Shown in pieces: positions 44,301 to 55,630 of a DNA stretch of 64,000 bases (position 1 is its first letter; every line of letters begins with the position of its first letter). The stretch comes from Octopus sinensis (Eukaryota): the NCBI RefSeq assembly GCF_006345805.1, contig NC_043014.1:868001-932000 (forward strand). The letters run 5' to 3'. The notes under the pieces are model-generated. The model was not told the origin of the DNA, made no database searches, and saw only the letters and a program-made list of their open reading frames with translations. The position numbers and the translations under genes were made by a program.

Positions 44301-47300
44301 CCTACCCCACCTGTTGGGCGCAAATCCCCAACAACTGATCAAGGAACTCAGATCAATGTGGATGACAAGATGCAGCAGCAGCATCAGCATCAGCACCAGC
44401 ACCAGCAGATGTCTCCCACGGATCGTCGAGACAAACGCTACAATAATCAGAAAGATCAGCAAGGGAACCGGACTACAACATTCACTCGTGGACGAGGGGG
44501 TAGAGGTATGTTGCTGCTCTCATTCTCTAATCCCCTTTTTTCCCCTTTGTTCTTTGTCTTTGAAATATTCTGATGTACTTAATGTATTTTGGTAGGGGTT
44601 CCAAGAGGCCGACCCCGAGGAATGTCTCGAGGTATGCCAAGAGGCAGAGGGAACTCCAGACAACCTTCAGAACCTCTCAAATTTGAGAATGACTATGATT
44701 TTGAGAGTGCCAATGCTGAATTTGAAGAAGTGGAGAAGGAGCTGAAGAAGTTAACACTGAGTAAGTAGGATTATTGCTGGGGTTTTTTTCTTTTGTAATA
44801 GGGGTGGGTTATTATTGTTTTTGGAGTAACAGTAATTTAAGTATGAACTTGCCTTACCCACTCTGTCCAATCCTCAGAACCACTTATGTTCACCTTCCAT
44901 TTAACTGATTGGCTTTAGGATGGGCACCCAGCCATAGAAACTGTGCCAAAGCTGATACTGGCATTTGGCACAGCCCTGCCTTGTCAAATTGTTCAGCCCT
45001 TGAAGGATAATTTAAACTTGGGATATTTTTAGGCACATTGACTTGTTCTTGGGTGTTTTGTCTTTTATGAAATTAAATTACTGAATCTGATTGAATTTCC
45101 ACATCCCTATCACCCCAAATGTTGTTGTGCTTTTGCTGCCCTGACTGAGTTTGTCTTTTGACTTTGAAATCTTTTCAGATGAAAAGAATCCCACTCCTAT
45201 TGTGAATGGAGAAAAACCAGAAACTGAAGAGGAACCAGAAGTTCCAAAGAAAGATGTGAAGAAGGATGAAGAAACGGTGTACTATGATAAAACCAAATCT
45301 TTCTTTGATAACATCAGCTGTGAGGCAACTGAGCGTGAACATGGGTGAGGAGATTTTCCAGTTTACATCATAATGATCTTCCGTTTTACTGTTTGCCAAT
45401 ATAGTCTACAATTGCAGGAATTATTCTGTTTAATCTTTGGCAGTTCTTGTACTAAAATTTGAAGTTGTTTGCTTTAGGGTTAGCTGTTTTAATTAGAAAT
45501 TGTGAGCTTTGTAACTACATTTTTAAATTTAGAGATTTTAGTAAAAAAAAAAAAAATTGCTTAACTATGGAATACAACTAAAGATTAAGACTATGATATA
45601 CTTTGAAATGTTTTTGTGATAAAATTTGTTTGTCAGTTGGACATGAATTTTGCCCAAATCCAATACGATGATTGAATAAATTTTGGTATTTGAATATATT
45701 CTTAGTATTGGAACCAGTTATGGAAGTTATGCGACTTCCTAATTTTTGTCTTCTGAATAGAATTAAATTTTTAAATCCTTTTGAAAATCCTGCAGATATT
45801 TTCCTTCCAATATGAACTTCCTAATTTTCAACATTAAACTGAACCTTTGTCTTCACTCATTGTTTAGAAATGATCTACTTTTAATAATTTCTAAATGTAG
45901 GCCTTGAACCCTTTCTCATTCGGATTACTCTGTCAAATTTGATATTCACATTGATTTAACTTTAGGATTTTGATGCAATTGTGTTTTTAGGACATTGTTG
46001 GGTAGGTGTAGGAGTCCGGATTTTGACAATTTGCACATAGAACAGGTAAACTATTTGGGCTGGATATGGCTGGCCTAAATGCTAAAGAGTTAGTTGTGCC
46101 AGGTGAGATGTTCATTTGTGAAATGGGCCGTAAGCATTTTTGAAAGTCAACACAAAGAATTATATATTTGGCACTTTATTTCAGCACCAACTTGGTCCCT
46201 GCCTGTTTAATTTTCTGGATTTTCATTTTTAAAAAAATAGGATTTAGAACTGCGATATTTTTGTAAATATTTGCATTTGATATCAAAAAAATTATGGTGT
46301 ACTTTTCCATTTGAAATTTAAATTTTTATATTTGTAACTTATTTTCTGAATTTAAACAGCCTTGCAATTAAAAATTAAAGTATTAGAATATCGAAAAACG
46401 TTTGGAACTAATTTCTCTCTGATTGTGAATTGGTTCAATCTTGTTTTAAAACTACATTAAATGCAAATTTGTGCAAATTATGAAGACAGTTATGGAATTT
46501 GAAACTGATTTTAATTATTAAGCAAGGTTTTTTTTTCTCTCCCAGTCGTGTAAATAGAACAAGTTGGCGAGAAGAACGGAAACTTAATGCAGAAACTTTT
46601 GGAGTGTCAGAACGTTATCGTGGTAGGGGCAGAGGCATGAGAGGTCGAGGTGGTTTCCGAGGTCGAAGGGGGAGAGGTAAATATCAGTTTTTTGCCCAGT
46701 GGCTTTTTCAGCTTGTTAATAATGCACTGTATCTGTGCAGACTAATTGATTGGCCATGTTTCTGTCTTCTTTGGCTTTCCATTGAAATAAAATCAATTTT
46801 CGGCCTGTGCTGTACCTACCATTTAAGATGAAATGTAAAATAGTTAACCTTATTTTTAAAAATTCCATGAATTGTAATAACCATTTCAATGTCTGCTGTC
46901 AACATTAAGATAAAAATATTTTTGTTGCAGCTCCTTTTTATCCATCAGGTAGAGGAATGAACCGTGGTAATTACAGAGGAAACTTCCGACGAAATTCCGG
47001 AAATACTGGTTGGGGTGATTCTAGTTGGGCAGATAACCAACACAATGAAGCAAACAACGTAAACGGTGAAAAAGCTCTGAACAAGGTAAACCCCCTTCCT
47101 TTGTCTTCCCCGTTGAGGACTTAAGCTAAATTGAATTTCAATGATTGTTGGATGCGGCAGAGTTTTGTGATTCAGGAATTCAGAAGATCATGGACTGTTT
47201 TCAGCTTAATTCTGAGTCTTGTCAATCTGTAGCTGACCACTGCTTTGTCATTGTGTCATAAATAGTATCTTTTTTGTTTCTTGTAAACTTAATGACCAGA

Positions 47301-47364
47301 AAATGATCATTAAATTAATGTAAATGTTTTTGTCTTACAGAGGCCCATTGCTGTTTTCACCTAA
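40526..47364 (+). CDS. LSM14: LSM14 (RAP55/Trailer hitch/Scd6 family), gene span; 9 coding exons, 447 aa (474 aa with cassette exon)
   Basis: Lsm domain [36 protein letters not shown] (FDF), FFDNISCE (FFD), [10 protein letters not shown] (TFG) and RGG boxes; GT-AG introns join in frame. Confidence 0.97.
41000..41365. repeat. Compound (TG)n(TA)n microsatellite, about 22-24 bp higher-order period, LSM14 intron 1
   Basis: Direct reading; it produces the spurious VCVYIY ORFs. Confidence 0.95.
42872..43041 (+). CDS. LSM14: LSM14 exon 2 ([38 protein letters not shown]...DPAIVK)
   Basis: poly-T aaacag acceptor, gtagg donor, 170 nt, phase 1-0. Confidence 0.96.
43133..43325 (+). CDS. LSM14: LSM14 exon 3 (poly-Q, Q/Y/G/S-rich)
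   Basis: ttctcag / gtaac, 193 nt, phase 0-1; CAA/CAG run. Confidence 0.88.
43832..43912 (+). CDS. LSM14: LSM14 candidate cassette exon ([27 protein letters not shown])
   Basis: ttgtcag acceptor, TCTG|gtaaat donor, 81 nt, symmetric phase 1-1, no stop in the required frame. Confidence 0.55.
44290..44505 (+). CDS. LSM14: LSM14 exon 4 ([22 protein letters not shown]...(QH)n...RGRGGR)
   Basis: cttatag / gtatg, 216 nt, phase 1-1; RKSPT motif. Confidence 0.9.
44596..44760 (+). CDS. LSM14: LSM14 exon 5 (RGG + [15 protein letters not shown])
   Basis: tggtag / gtaag, 165 nt, phase 1-1; FDF motif. Confidence 0.94.
45179..45344 (+). CDS. LSM14: LSM14 exon 6 (acidic linker + [15 protein letters not shown])
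   Basis: tttcag / gtgag, 166 nt, phase 1-2; FFD motif. Confidence 0.95.
45905..46092. mobile_element. MITE copy, same family as 14460-14667
   Basis: gaaccctttctcattcggattactctgtcaaa ... aaatgctaaagagttag. Confidence 0.6.
46546..46676 (+). CDS. LSM14: LSM14 exon 7 ([13 protein letters not shown] + RGG)
   Basis: ctcccag / gtaaa, 131 nt, phase 2-1; TFG motif. Confidence 0.95.
46931..47085 (+). CDS. LSM14: LSM14 exon 8 (RGG/N-rich; alternative in-frame acceptor at 46949)
   Basis: ttgcag or catcag acceptor, AAG|gtaaa donor, phase 1-0. Confidence 0.85.
47341..47364 (+). CDS. LSM14: LSM14 exon 9, last coding (RPIAVFT*)
   Basis: tcttacag acceptor, TAA TAA tandem stops. Confidence 0.75.
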   Translation, partial: RPIAVFT

Positions 47365-50300
47365 TAATCATCTCAATACTGAAAAAAACAACAAAAAAAG
47401 CATCGGACATCGAAGTAGTCAGATTTTGAATCCTTTCCAACTCATTGCTGCCATTTTTGTTTGGAACGGAAGCAGGGAAGCAACCAGTTAACTACCTTGT
47501 CTGGCTCTGTCCAGGAAGAGAGAAGCTAACAGATGCGGATAGAATTACTGACAGCTTGCCATTGACAGATGCAATAAATCCAGTCACAACAGATTTACTT
47601 AAAATATATATTTATATATACAGAATCAGCATGTATATATAACCCCTGACCCTAAAGTTTTTTACCTCCTGAAAACACCTGCAAAAAATATTTAAAAGAA
47701 ACATTACAGGAAAATACCTGCTAAGTAGAAAGTTGTGTAAATAGAACAGCCACTTTGTGTTGTTAGCAGGCAAACAGCGACGACCAGGATTGAAGACCAA
47801 AAGCCCAAATCTCATGGTTGGATGGCATTTAGAAAGGGCTCATTGCTTGTCTCCCACTTCCCTTGTCCTCAGACCCTTTCATCATCAGACTATTTAAGGT
47901 TCTGATAATAATGTTGGGACATTGTCCAGAGGGTAGTTAAATGTAGCTTTTATTTTTTATTTTCTTTTTTCTTTTTTTCCTTTTTTTTTTTTTGATTTCA
48001 TGGACTTTTTGGGGTTTCTTTGTTTGCTTCCTAAAACCCTGGCAGTAGAATCAGTGCTTTATTAAGCAGGGAAACTAAGAATGTGCTATATCAATATTAA
48101 AGAGTTTAGTGTTATTTTACTTAAATTTCTTCCGGAAATCACTTTATTCCCTGCTTTCTTCATTTTTTTCTGGAAGTTGAATGAGCAGAGGTAGTGGCCA
48201 TACTACATCTAACTGCCTTTGAAGTGCAACTCTATATTTCAACGTAGAAACCATCTGGGGAAGGGATTGATTTTTCTTTAACTCCAGCTACCAAGTTGGT
48301 GGCAGTTTTTGAGGACCTGTTGAGGGTTGAGGATATTTTAAAGGCTCAAAATGACTGACTTCGTAAAAAGGTATGGATGGAAATTTACTAGAAAGAGGAA
48401 TAAGCCATTCTCTTAAGGTTCCTGGGACAAAGTAGTTGCTAATGACCAAAAACTGTTGGCATCTCTCAGAACTGACCAGTTTAGTCAGTTTGGCAGGACT
48501 GGGGAGGGGGGGGAAAAGACAACTTTAACCTACCAAACACTCCAATGTTAAGATACTACACACCTCCTCCTCCTTTAATTAAAAGACATTTGCAGAATAC
48601 CTTATTTGTTTGTTCTTTATTATTGTGTTACCGTTTTCTTTACAGGTTGATAAAGTAAGAAATTGGCTGGGTTTTCGTTGCTCCTTTGTCACCTGCACTC
48701 TGACCCCTTTTAAGTTTCGTTTTCTGATTATGAATGCAGGAGGCAACCAACCAACCCACCCAATTCATATTTTATTAACTTCCGTATTGGTTCTACTACA
48801 AAGTAAAGTTTTTAACGCAACACCTGGCAAAAGATTTTACTGCCATACTGGAGCAGTGAGCTATCCACTACCACCAACAAATGTCATAGCTCTAAGGATT
48901 TTGTAGGGAAGTAAATCAACTTCACATGGAAAAAAATTTGCTAAATACTGGATAATCTGGCTTAATATAATGGAGATTACGAAATCTGAAGCTCAGACAC
49001 CAGATAAAGAATGTGAAGGTATTTCTTGTTTGCTGCTTATTTTCACTTCATCCTTGCATTAATTCTGGATATTTTTAGTTTTTCCTCCCATGGTGCCACA
49101 CATTACAACCATTCAGTGATCTAATGAACTACCAATGTTTGTGTCTAGAGAATGATCCCACCCCCACTTGGTTGTCCAATCACTACTCCAGCTGGGCAGT
49201 ACTTGTTTTCACCTGGCTCCTTGGTTTTCCTCTTGCTAATCCTTTCAATATATAGCATCATTTGGGAGCATTTTATGCCATCAGCACCAGGACTATTTCC
49301 TGCTCACCAAGGATTGTTTATTCGAAGAGATCTATTTTTTCTAGAATGAAATTTGTAGATTTATAATTAAATAATATTGTAATCTATAAATATCTCTGCA
49401 CTCTTTTGACGCCAACCTAAGACGGCTCTTGATGTCACAAACCTGATTTCATTAGAAATATGGTAATGAACAGGTTAACTTTTATCTTGGGGTCACTTTG
49501 GATAACCGAGATGAGTTTTAAGAATTTTACTCTAACAGTAGAACTCCTTACGGTTTCCAATATTCCTATGGAGAAATTAGATAATCTACATTTGTAATTT
49601 AGTGGTTCATTTATCTCAAATTATCTACTTTAATACAAGGTGCCTTGCTTAAATATGACCAGTGCTCTTTATGTAAGACGTCCATGACCCCTATGTTGAT
49701 GGTCTCTGACACTGGGGGGGGGGGGAGTCTGTTCATTTGCAACTAGAACTCCTTTAGAGGTAACCATGAACCAGTTATTCAAGGAATGAATGAATCTACC
49801 AACCAGGTATAGTCACTCTGCAGATAATTGGGTCAGTTTCTCAATTTCAGCTCTGTGGTTTCTGGTAGTCCATTTACCTAAGGATGGTCACTCGGTGGTA
49901 TTAAGCTTAGAACCTCAAATTAACTCTAGCTGTGCTCATAAATAAATGGTCTAGAAAGTCCTCTTTTTGGAAGTAGAATTGTTCTAGCCTAGATCCAGTA
50001 AGCCCATAAGTGGGAACTTGGTATTGCCAGCTATTTGAACCCTCATTTAATCTAGTTCATATTTTTTTAATAAACATAGTTATATCACCATCCTGGAGAA
50101 TTATTACAGGATTTTTCACAAATCTGGTGGCATCTGATCAGATTTCTGAAACAAACCTTAGTTTTTAATTGTTTTCTATATTTTGATTTGAAAGACTGCT
50201 CCAGTTGCTTTCACTGTGAGAGGTGGTCATGGTGCATGGAGGGGGAAATGTGAGAAAGAGAAAAGATGTATCAGGATTTTAATCAACAGGAAATGGTTAA

Positions 50301-50625
50301 ATGAACACAAGAAAACAGTCCAAAATGTAATGGTGCATCACAGTTGTGCTAACAACAAAATCTGTATTAAAAGGATGCAGTTTGGTGAAGGTATGTTATC
50401 CCCAGCTGTAAAATTGCTTGGCTAAAGGGCTGCAGTAAACCCGTTTTAGGGAGCTAGACAAATGGTTCATGGTGACAACTATACGTTAAAATGGGAAACA
50501 CGGAAAAGTTGGTTTCAACCGAAGAAATGTCTTTGAAATCTTCTTCAAACACATCCACTAATCCTGACTTTTGGTTTTAAAAGACAATAGAAACCTTTTT
50601 AATAAAACATCTGAAGAGGTTTATG
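47365..50625 (+). other. Probable long LSM14 3' UTR with candidate poly(A) signals
   Basis: U-rich, no recognisable mobile elements; AATAAA at 49941, 50069 and 50601. The true end is not determinable from sequence. Confidence 0.45.
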
Positions 50626-51049
50626 ATTCTAATTATAGAGAGATAGAAATAATGGATGGCATTAATTTCTGTCTCTTATAAATAACTCGAGTCACTACAG
50701 AAAGGTTTCTAAGTCAACATCATCCGTTCCTCCAACTATATTCAATCTTCAACAGTTCCTATCCTATCAACACCCACGCATAAACCCAAAACAATTCAAA
50801 TAAATAAGAATATACATTTACATAGAAGTTGTTGTTATTACGGTCATGCGGGGCATATTGAATTTCAATCTGTCCAACATATTTTCCGTTGGATGTCTTG
50901 CAATGTGGCCTGCATTTGCATCCAGTTTTGTTCGTCTGGTCGAGAGTCTCTGAGGCTTTATTCAAGGTGTTGCCACTGTTGTAGTTTAAAGCTTCAAGCA
51001 ATAATAGCAGGGGGTGGGGGACCTTGAATAAAGCTTCAGGGATTCATTG

Positions 51050-51190
51050 GATACATTGCTTTGTGGTAATTGTTCTGGTTGTCTGCCCACTGAGTTCAAA
51101 TTCTGCTTAGGTCAACTTTTGCTTTTCATCCTTTCAGAGTTGATAAAGTACCAGTCCCATACTGGGGTCAACTCTTTGCCTATCTTTTGG
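51050..51190 (+). mobile_element. Deu/Nin-like SINE fragment (CpGs decayed)
   Basis: gagttcaaattctgcttaggtcaacttttgcttttcatcctttcagagttgataaagtaccag. Confidence 0.65.
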
Positions 51191-51464
51191 AAGAAATTAC
51201 CTTTAGGCAAATCTGGAGAAGGATGGGCTTCATCAAGTCTCAAAATGCTTAAAACATGTATCTCATCATAGTGTCTCTGTGACCCTATTAACAAGTTAAG
51301 GGCCCAGACACTGCTGATGAGAACCCCAAAAGTTCAAACCATCAATTAAGGATCTTCATTATTTTTCAGTTTTCAGAGAAGTAGCTAAATTAGCCCTGTT
51401 TTTATATATATTTGGTGGTTGTCTACTCCTTATGCAGAGTCTGACCACCTCCTTAGAGCCATCA

Positions 51465-52085
51465 TGGCATCCGATGTGGCTTTTTAAATGTATTGAAAAG
51501 CCACCCACCTAGATTGCATATCTGATTTAGACCACCAAAAGCTGCAGTTAAGTTCTGATCTTTGTGGATCTTAAAATGCTTTTTGATTCGTCCATTAGAT
51601 TTGCAGACCTTATGGCATACACAGCATTGAAAGGTGTGCACAGGTATATAGGCAGAATAGTTAGTGGAGGTTCGTTTTCCATGGGTCTGCAAATGAGATT
51701 TGAACCAGCAAAAGAAAGGCAGGGTCTGTCACAAACTGTGCACACAAAAAGGGTCACTGAGATTCACCTTCTCAATCACAAAATTCTTCTTTAAATCTCT
51801 CTGGGGTCTTGCATGACTTCCTCAAATGCTTTCCCTCCACTCCACATTTTTGTTCACCATCCAGCTCGATCTGAAGCAAGGGTTTCTCTGGCCTTAGGAC
51901 CCATTCCAAGTGACTTCATGGTAGTCCTTTTGCTGTCCTTAAACATCTTTTTAGGTTTACACCAATTGCGGTTCCCCTCTGCAAACTTGCCATAAAACAG
52001 ATGTCCAGGTGTGCTTTCATCCTCCATACGGATTATTATGGCCGGATCATCTCATTTGGCTTTTCAGAATCATTGATTTAATTGG
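51465..52085 (-). mobile_element. RTE (BovB-like) LINE C-terminal remnant with Cys/His motifs
   Basis: Frames give HLFYGKFAEGNRN..KPKKMFKD; CTVCDRPC; CCVCHKVCKSNGRIKKHFKIH. Confidence 0.7.
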
Positions 52086-52097
52086 ATTCCTGCAGAT

Positions 52098-52468
52098 GCG
52101 CAGGAGTGGCTGTGTGGTAAGTAGCTTGCTAACCAACCACATGGTTCCGGATTCAGTCCCACTGTGTGGCATCTTGGGCAAGTGTCTTCTGCTATAGCCC
52201 CGGGCCGACCAATGCCTTGTGAGTGGATTTGGCAGACGGAAACTGAAAGAAGCCTGTTGTATATATGTATATGTGTGTTTGTCCCCCTAGCATTGCTTGA
52301 CAACTGATGCTGGTGTGTTTACGTCCCCGTCACTTAGCGGTTCGGCAAAAGAGACCGATAGAATAAGCACTGGGCTTACAAAGAATAAGTCCCGGGGTCG
52401 ATTTGCTCGACTAAAGGTGGTGCTCCAGCATGGCCGCAGTCAAAATGACTGAAACAAGTAAAAGAGAG
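52098..52468 (+). mobile_element. Full-length tRNA/CORE-like SINE
   Basis: Reverse complement of 6724-7106; ends gctccagcatggccgcagtcaaaatgactgaaac. Confidence 0.82.
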
Positions 52469-52742
52469 TATGCAAAGACATCTGTGTCTGGAGTATAAAT
52501 GCTCCATTTAATGTTTAAAATGCAGTGAAGGTATTTTTAGTGGAACCATTCTAATAATTTGAAATGTCTTTCATAACAACGTCCATGTTTCAGAAGAATC
52601 TAGAAGAAATTCTTCAAGGCATTTTTCTGATTCTCCAACAATTCTGCCAATCCAATATTTTAATCATGATTCTAAGATATGAAATACAGACTAGAGACTT
52701 GTTTCAGAGGAGGAAGTCAGAAGGTGTATCACTGAGACCTGC

Positions 52743-52970
52743 TTAGAAAAATATTGGTTTCAAATTTTGGCACAGTGCCAGAAATTTGTGGATGGGGGGA
52801 GGGTAAGTCGATTATATTGACCCCAGTACACAACTGGTAGTTATTTTATTGACCCACAAAATAAAAGGCAAAATTGACCTCACCGGAGTTTGAACTCAGA
52901 ATGTAAAGACGGACGAAATGCCGCTAAGCGTTTCGTCTGATTTGCTAACAATTTTGCCAGCTGGTCTCCT
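52743..52970 (-). mobile_element. Deu/Nin-like SINE
   Basis: Reverse complement of the head and core seen at 33637; further fragments at about 8630-8730, 11270-11330, 53815-53945 and 63330-63420. Confidence 0.65.
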
Positions 52971-52980
52971 TTATGATTAC

Positions 52981-53540
52981 TCTTTTACTAGTTTCAGTCA
53001 TTTGACTGCGGCCATGCTGGAGCACTGCCTTTAGTCGAGCAAATCGACCCCAGGACTTATTCTTTGTAAGCCTAGTACTTATTCTATCGGCCTCTTTTGC
53101 CTAACCGCCAAGTTATGAGGACGCAAACACACCAGCATCGGTTGTCAAGCGATGTTTGGGGAACAAACACAGACACAAACATATATAAAATAAAATAAAT
53201 GGGACAAGAACGCAAAACATCCGGACAACTAGGTGATACAAAAGGGGACAACAAAACATCCAGAGAGACGATACTATAAAAACACGGACGGGTCATTCAA
53301 AGCCTTTTATCTTCAGTCAAGAACCGGATCATCCTTGCAATTTCGGCTGGTATATATATATATATATACACACACACACATATATACGACGAGCTTCTTT
53401 CAATTTCCATCTACCAAATCCACTCACAAGACCCAAGGCTATAGGAGAAGAAACTTGCCCAAGGTGTCACGCAGTGGGACTGAACCCAGAACCATGTGGT
53501 TGGCAAGCAAGCTACTTATCACACAGCCACTCCTGCGCCT
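52981..53540 (-). mobile_element. tRNA/CORE-like SINE split by extra sequence (about 53195-53385)
   Basis: Tail module 52981-53190 and head 53385-53540 both match 6724-7106. Confidence 0.7.
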
Positions 53541-55422
53541 CCGTAGGAAAATATTAAGACACGAGAGTAAACGATTCAAACTGAAAGTACAATAAGATTT
53601 TTCTTTTTCGGTGGAAGGGCAGATTCTGAGTTGCCCCCGCACGACTTCATTGTCTCCCCCTTTCTCATGGCACATAATGTTGCTTCCCTTTTTAGTCCCT
53701 CAGCTTCTGATTAAACCTTATACAGTGTGCCTTAAACGTGAGAGAACTCATCCATGTTTGGGTCTGACCAGAGAGAAAGAGAAAGAAGGAAAATGTAAGA
53801 GAAGAATCAATAAATAAACTGGTACTTTATTTATCGACCCTGAAACGATGAACGGTAATACTGATCTCGGCAGGATATGAACTCAGTGTGCAGCGAGCCA
53901 GAATAAATACCACGATATATTTTATCCGATTATCTAACGACTCTACCAACATCTAATATTTCGGTTCGTTGGTTTACTAAACCAGCAACACCTTCTCAGT
54001 CCCTAATACAACTGGGAAAGGCATGAACGCCTCCAAATCATATTTTATTTATCTTGTACATTTGTGTGGATCTCTGAAGAATTCACGAATGTACGTAAAG
54101 ACTCAAACACACAGAATTAAAAGAGAAAATTAAGTAAGAGCCAAACTAAACGACGTTTTACCTAGTTGTGTTTCGTTTCGTCGTGAGGTTATTGCCAAGT
54201 GAAAGTTCCACTCCTTGTTCTATAGGCAGCCGACCTTCATCGAGCGTCAGTTGAAACCCAACCATGGCATTGTTCACATCAGTTCGCTCTCTGCCCAGGC
54301 TTCTCCCCGGGGCCTCGCCCCACGCCGGGGCCATCCACAGACTTTCGTAAGTTCATCGTTTTCAATATATCCTTTGCTATATTCTAGCTTTACTTCATGA
54401 AAGACAGCCAATATTTACTTTTCTAACAACCCCTGGCTCCTACGTTGATCACCCGGTCTGCAAGAAATAGCAGCCAATGTCTCCCTAAAATAACACGTGT
54501 CATCTTAAAAAGAGGAAGGCACGTTAGACAGATTAGCCCCTGATGCAAAAAAATAGACAGGATGGTCATATCTGGAATGTCTATGATCATAGGTTTGCTC
54601 GATCAAGGTTGACTCGGGGTTAAATGGAATAATAATGGACACAATTTATACACACACACACACACATTCAATGTGTGTGTATATATATATATAATATATA
54701 ACAGAAATATTGTTTATACAAAAAAAAAAGAGTAAATTTTGTAGAAATTCTGAGTTGATTGTGTGGAGTTAATGTTTTTCTATCAAGTGGGGTGGATTTA
54801 GAGTGTGGCTTTGGACGAGGATCGAAACCGAATCACTAACTTCGCAGAAGTCTGGTGTTTCTTCAGTCCGGATCAAAGTTTTCTTCAGAAGCAGCAAAAC
54901 TGGTGAAATCTTGGATGTCTTGTTAAAAATAGACGACATATGATGTATCTCGGATGAAATGGAAAATTTTATGAAGGCTTTCAGGCCTGCTAAAGATAAC
55001 AGCCAGATCTTCAAATAACCGTTTTAAAGAAGAGCAAAGTACCTGATATAATATAGTCGTACTTGGCTTTTAAAAAGACTGTTTAGTCATGGTTGGACTG
55101 CCTGTGGATTAGGGCGGGCCTGGGTGCAACGCATAATACCTTTCGTTAACCTGTAAAATGTTGGAGCAAATGGAGGCGCCTCTACCTGTTTGTTTAACCT
55201 GTTAGAAATAGCTGTGAAAGTCCCTCAGATTACGCCCTTTCTATATTTGAATGGAAGGAAATACTGGAAAATGTAACCTACTCTGGCCGAGAAAATAGAA
55301 GAAAGATGTGATTGTCATAGTTGGAACGCCTTTCATCGAACGTCTACGCTATCAAAAGCTAAACCCCGACCACCAACACCCGTCCTTCACCCTTCATGTC
55401 GACATAAAAATTATTATTATTC

Positions 55423-55630
55423 GAATCGTTAGCAGACCGGACAAACTACTTCACGGCATTTCGTCTGTCTTCATGTCCCGAGTTCAAATTCCGCCGAGGT
55501 CGACTTTGCCTTTCATCCTTTCGGAGTCGATTAAACAAGTACCAGTTACGCACTGGGGTCGATGTAATCGACTTAATCCCTTCCCCCAAATTCGAGGCCT
55601 TCTGCTTCCAGTAGAAAGGATTATTATTAT
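55423..55630 (+). mobile_element. Deu/Nin-like SINE (CpGs intact), (ATT)n flanks
   Basis: gagttcaaattccgccgaggtcgactttgcctttcatcctttcggagtcgattaaacaagtaccag. Confidence 0.78.

Noticed and set aside
44679-44720. LSM14 FDF motif reads DYDF
   Set aside because: Conservative change that I recall in other invertebrate orthologues; unlikely to be novel.
50759-51001. 80-aa minus-strand ORF; considered as the end of a convergent gene such as PSMA7, the next human neighbour
   Set aside because: No resemblance to the PSMA7 C-terminus and no supported splice structure.
52098-52180. tRNA-like A/B-box sequences (also about 7030-7106, 16716-16760, 33637-33725)
   Set aside because: SINE heads continuing into SINE bodies; no complete cloverleaf, so not tRNA genes.
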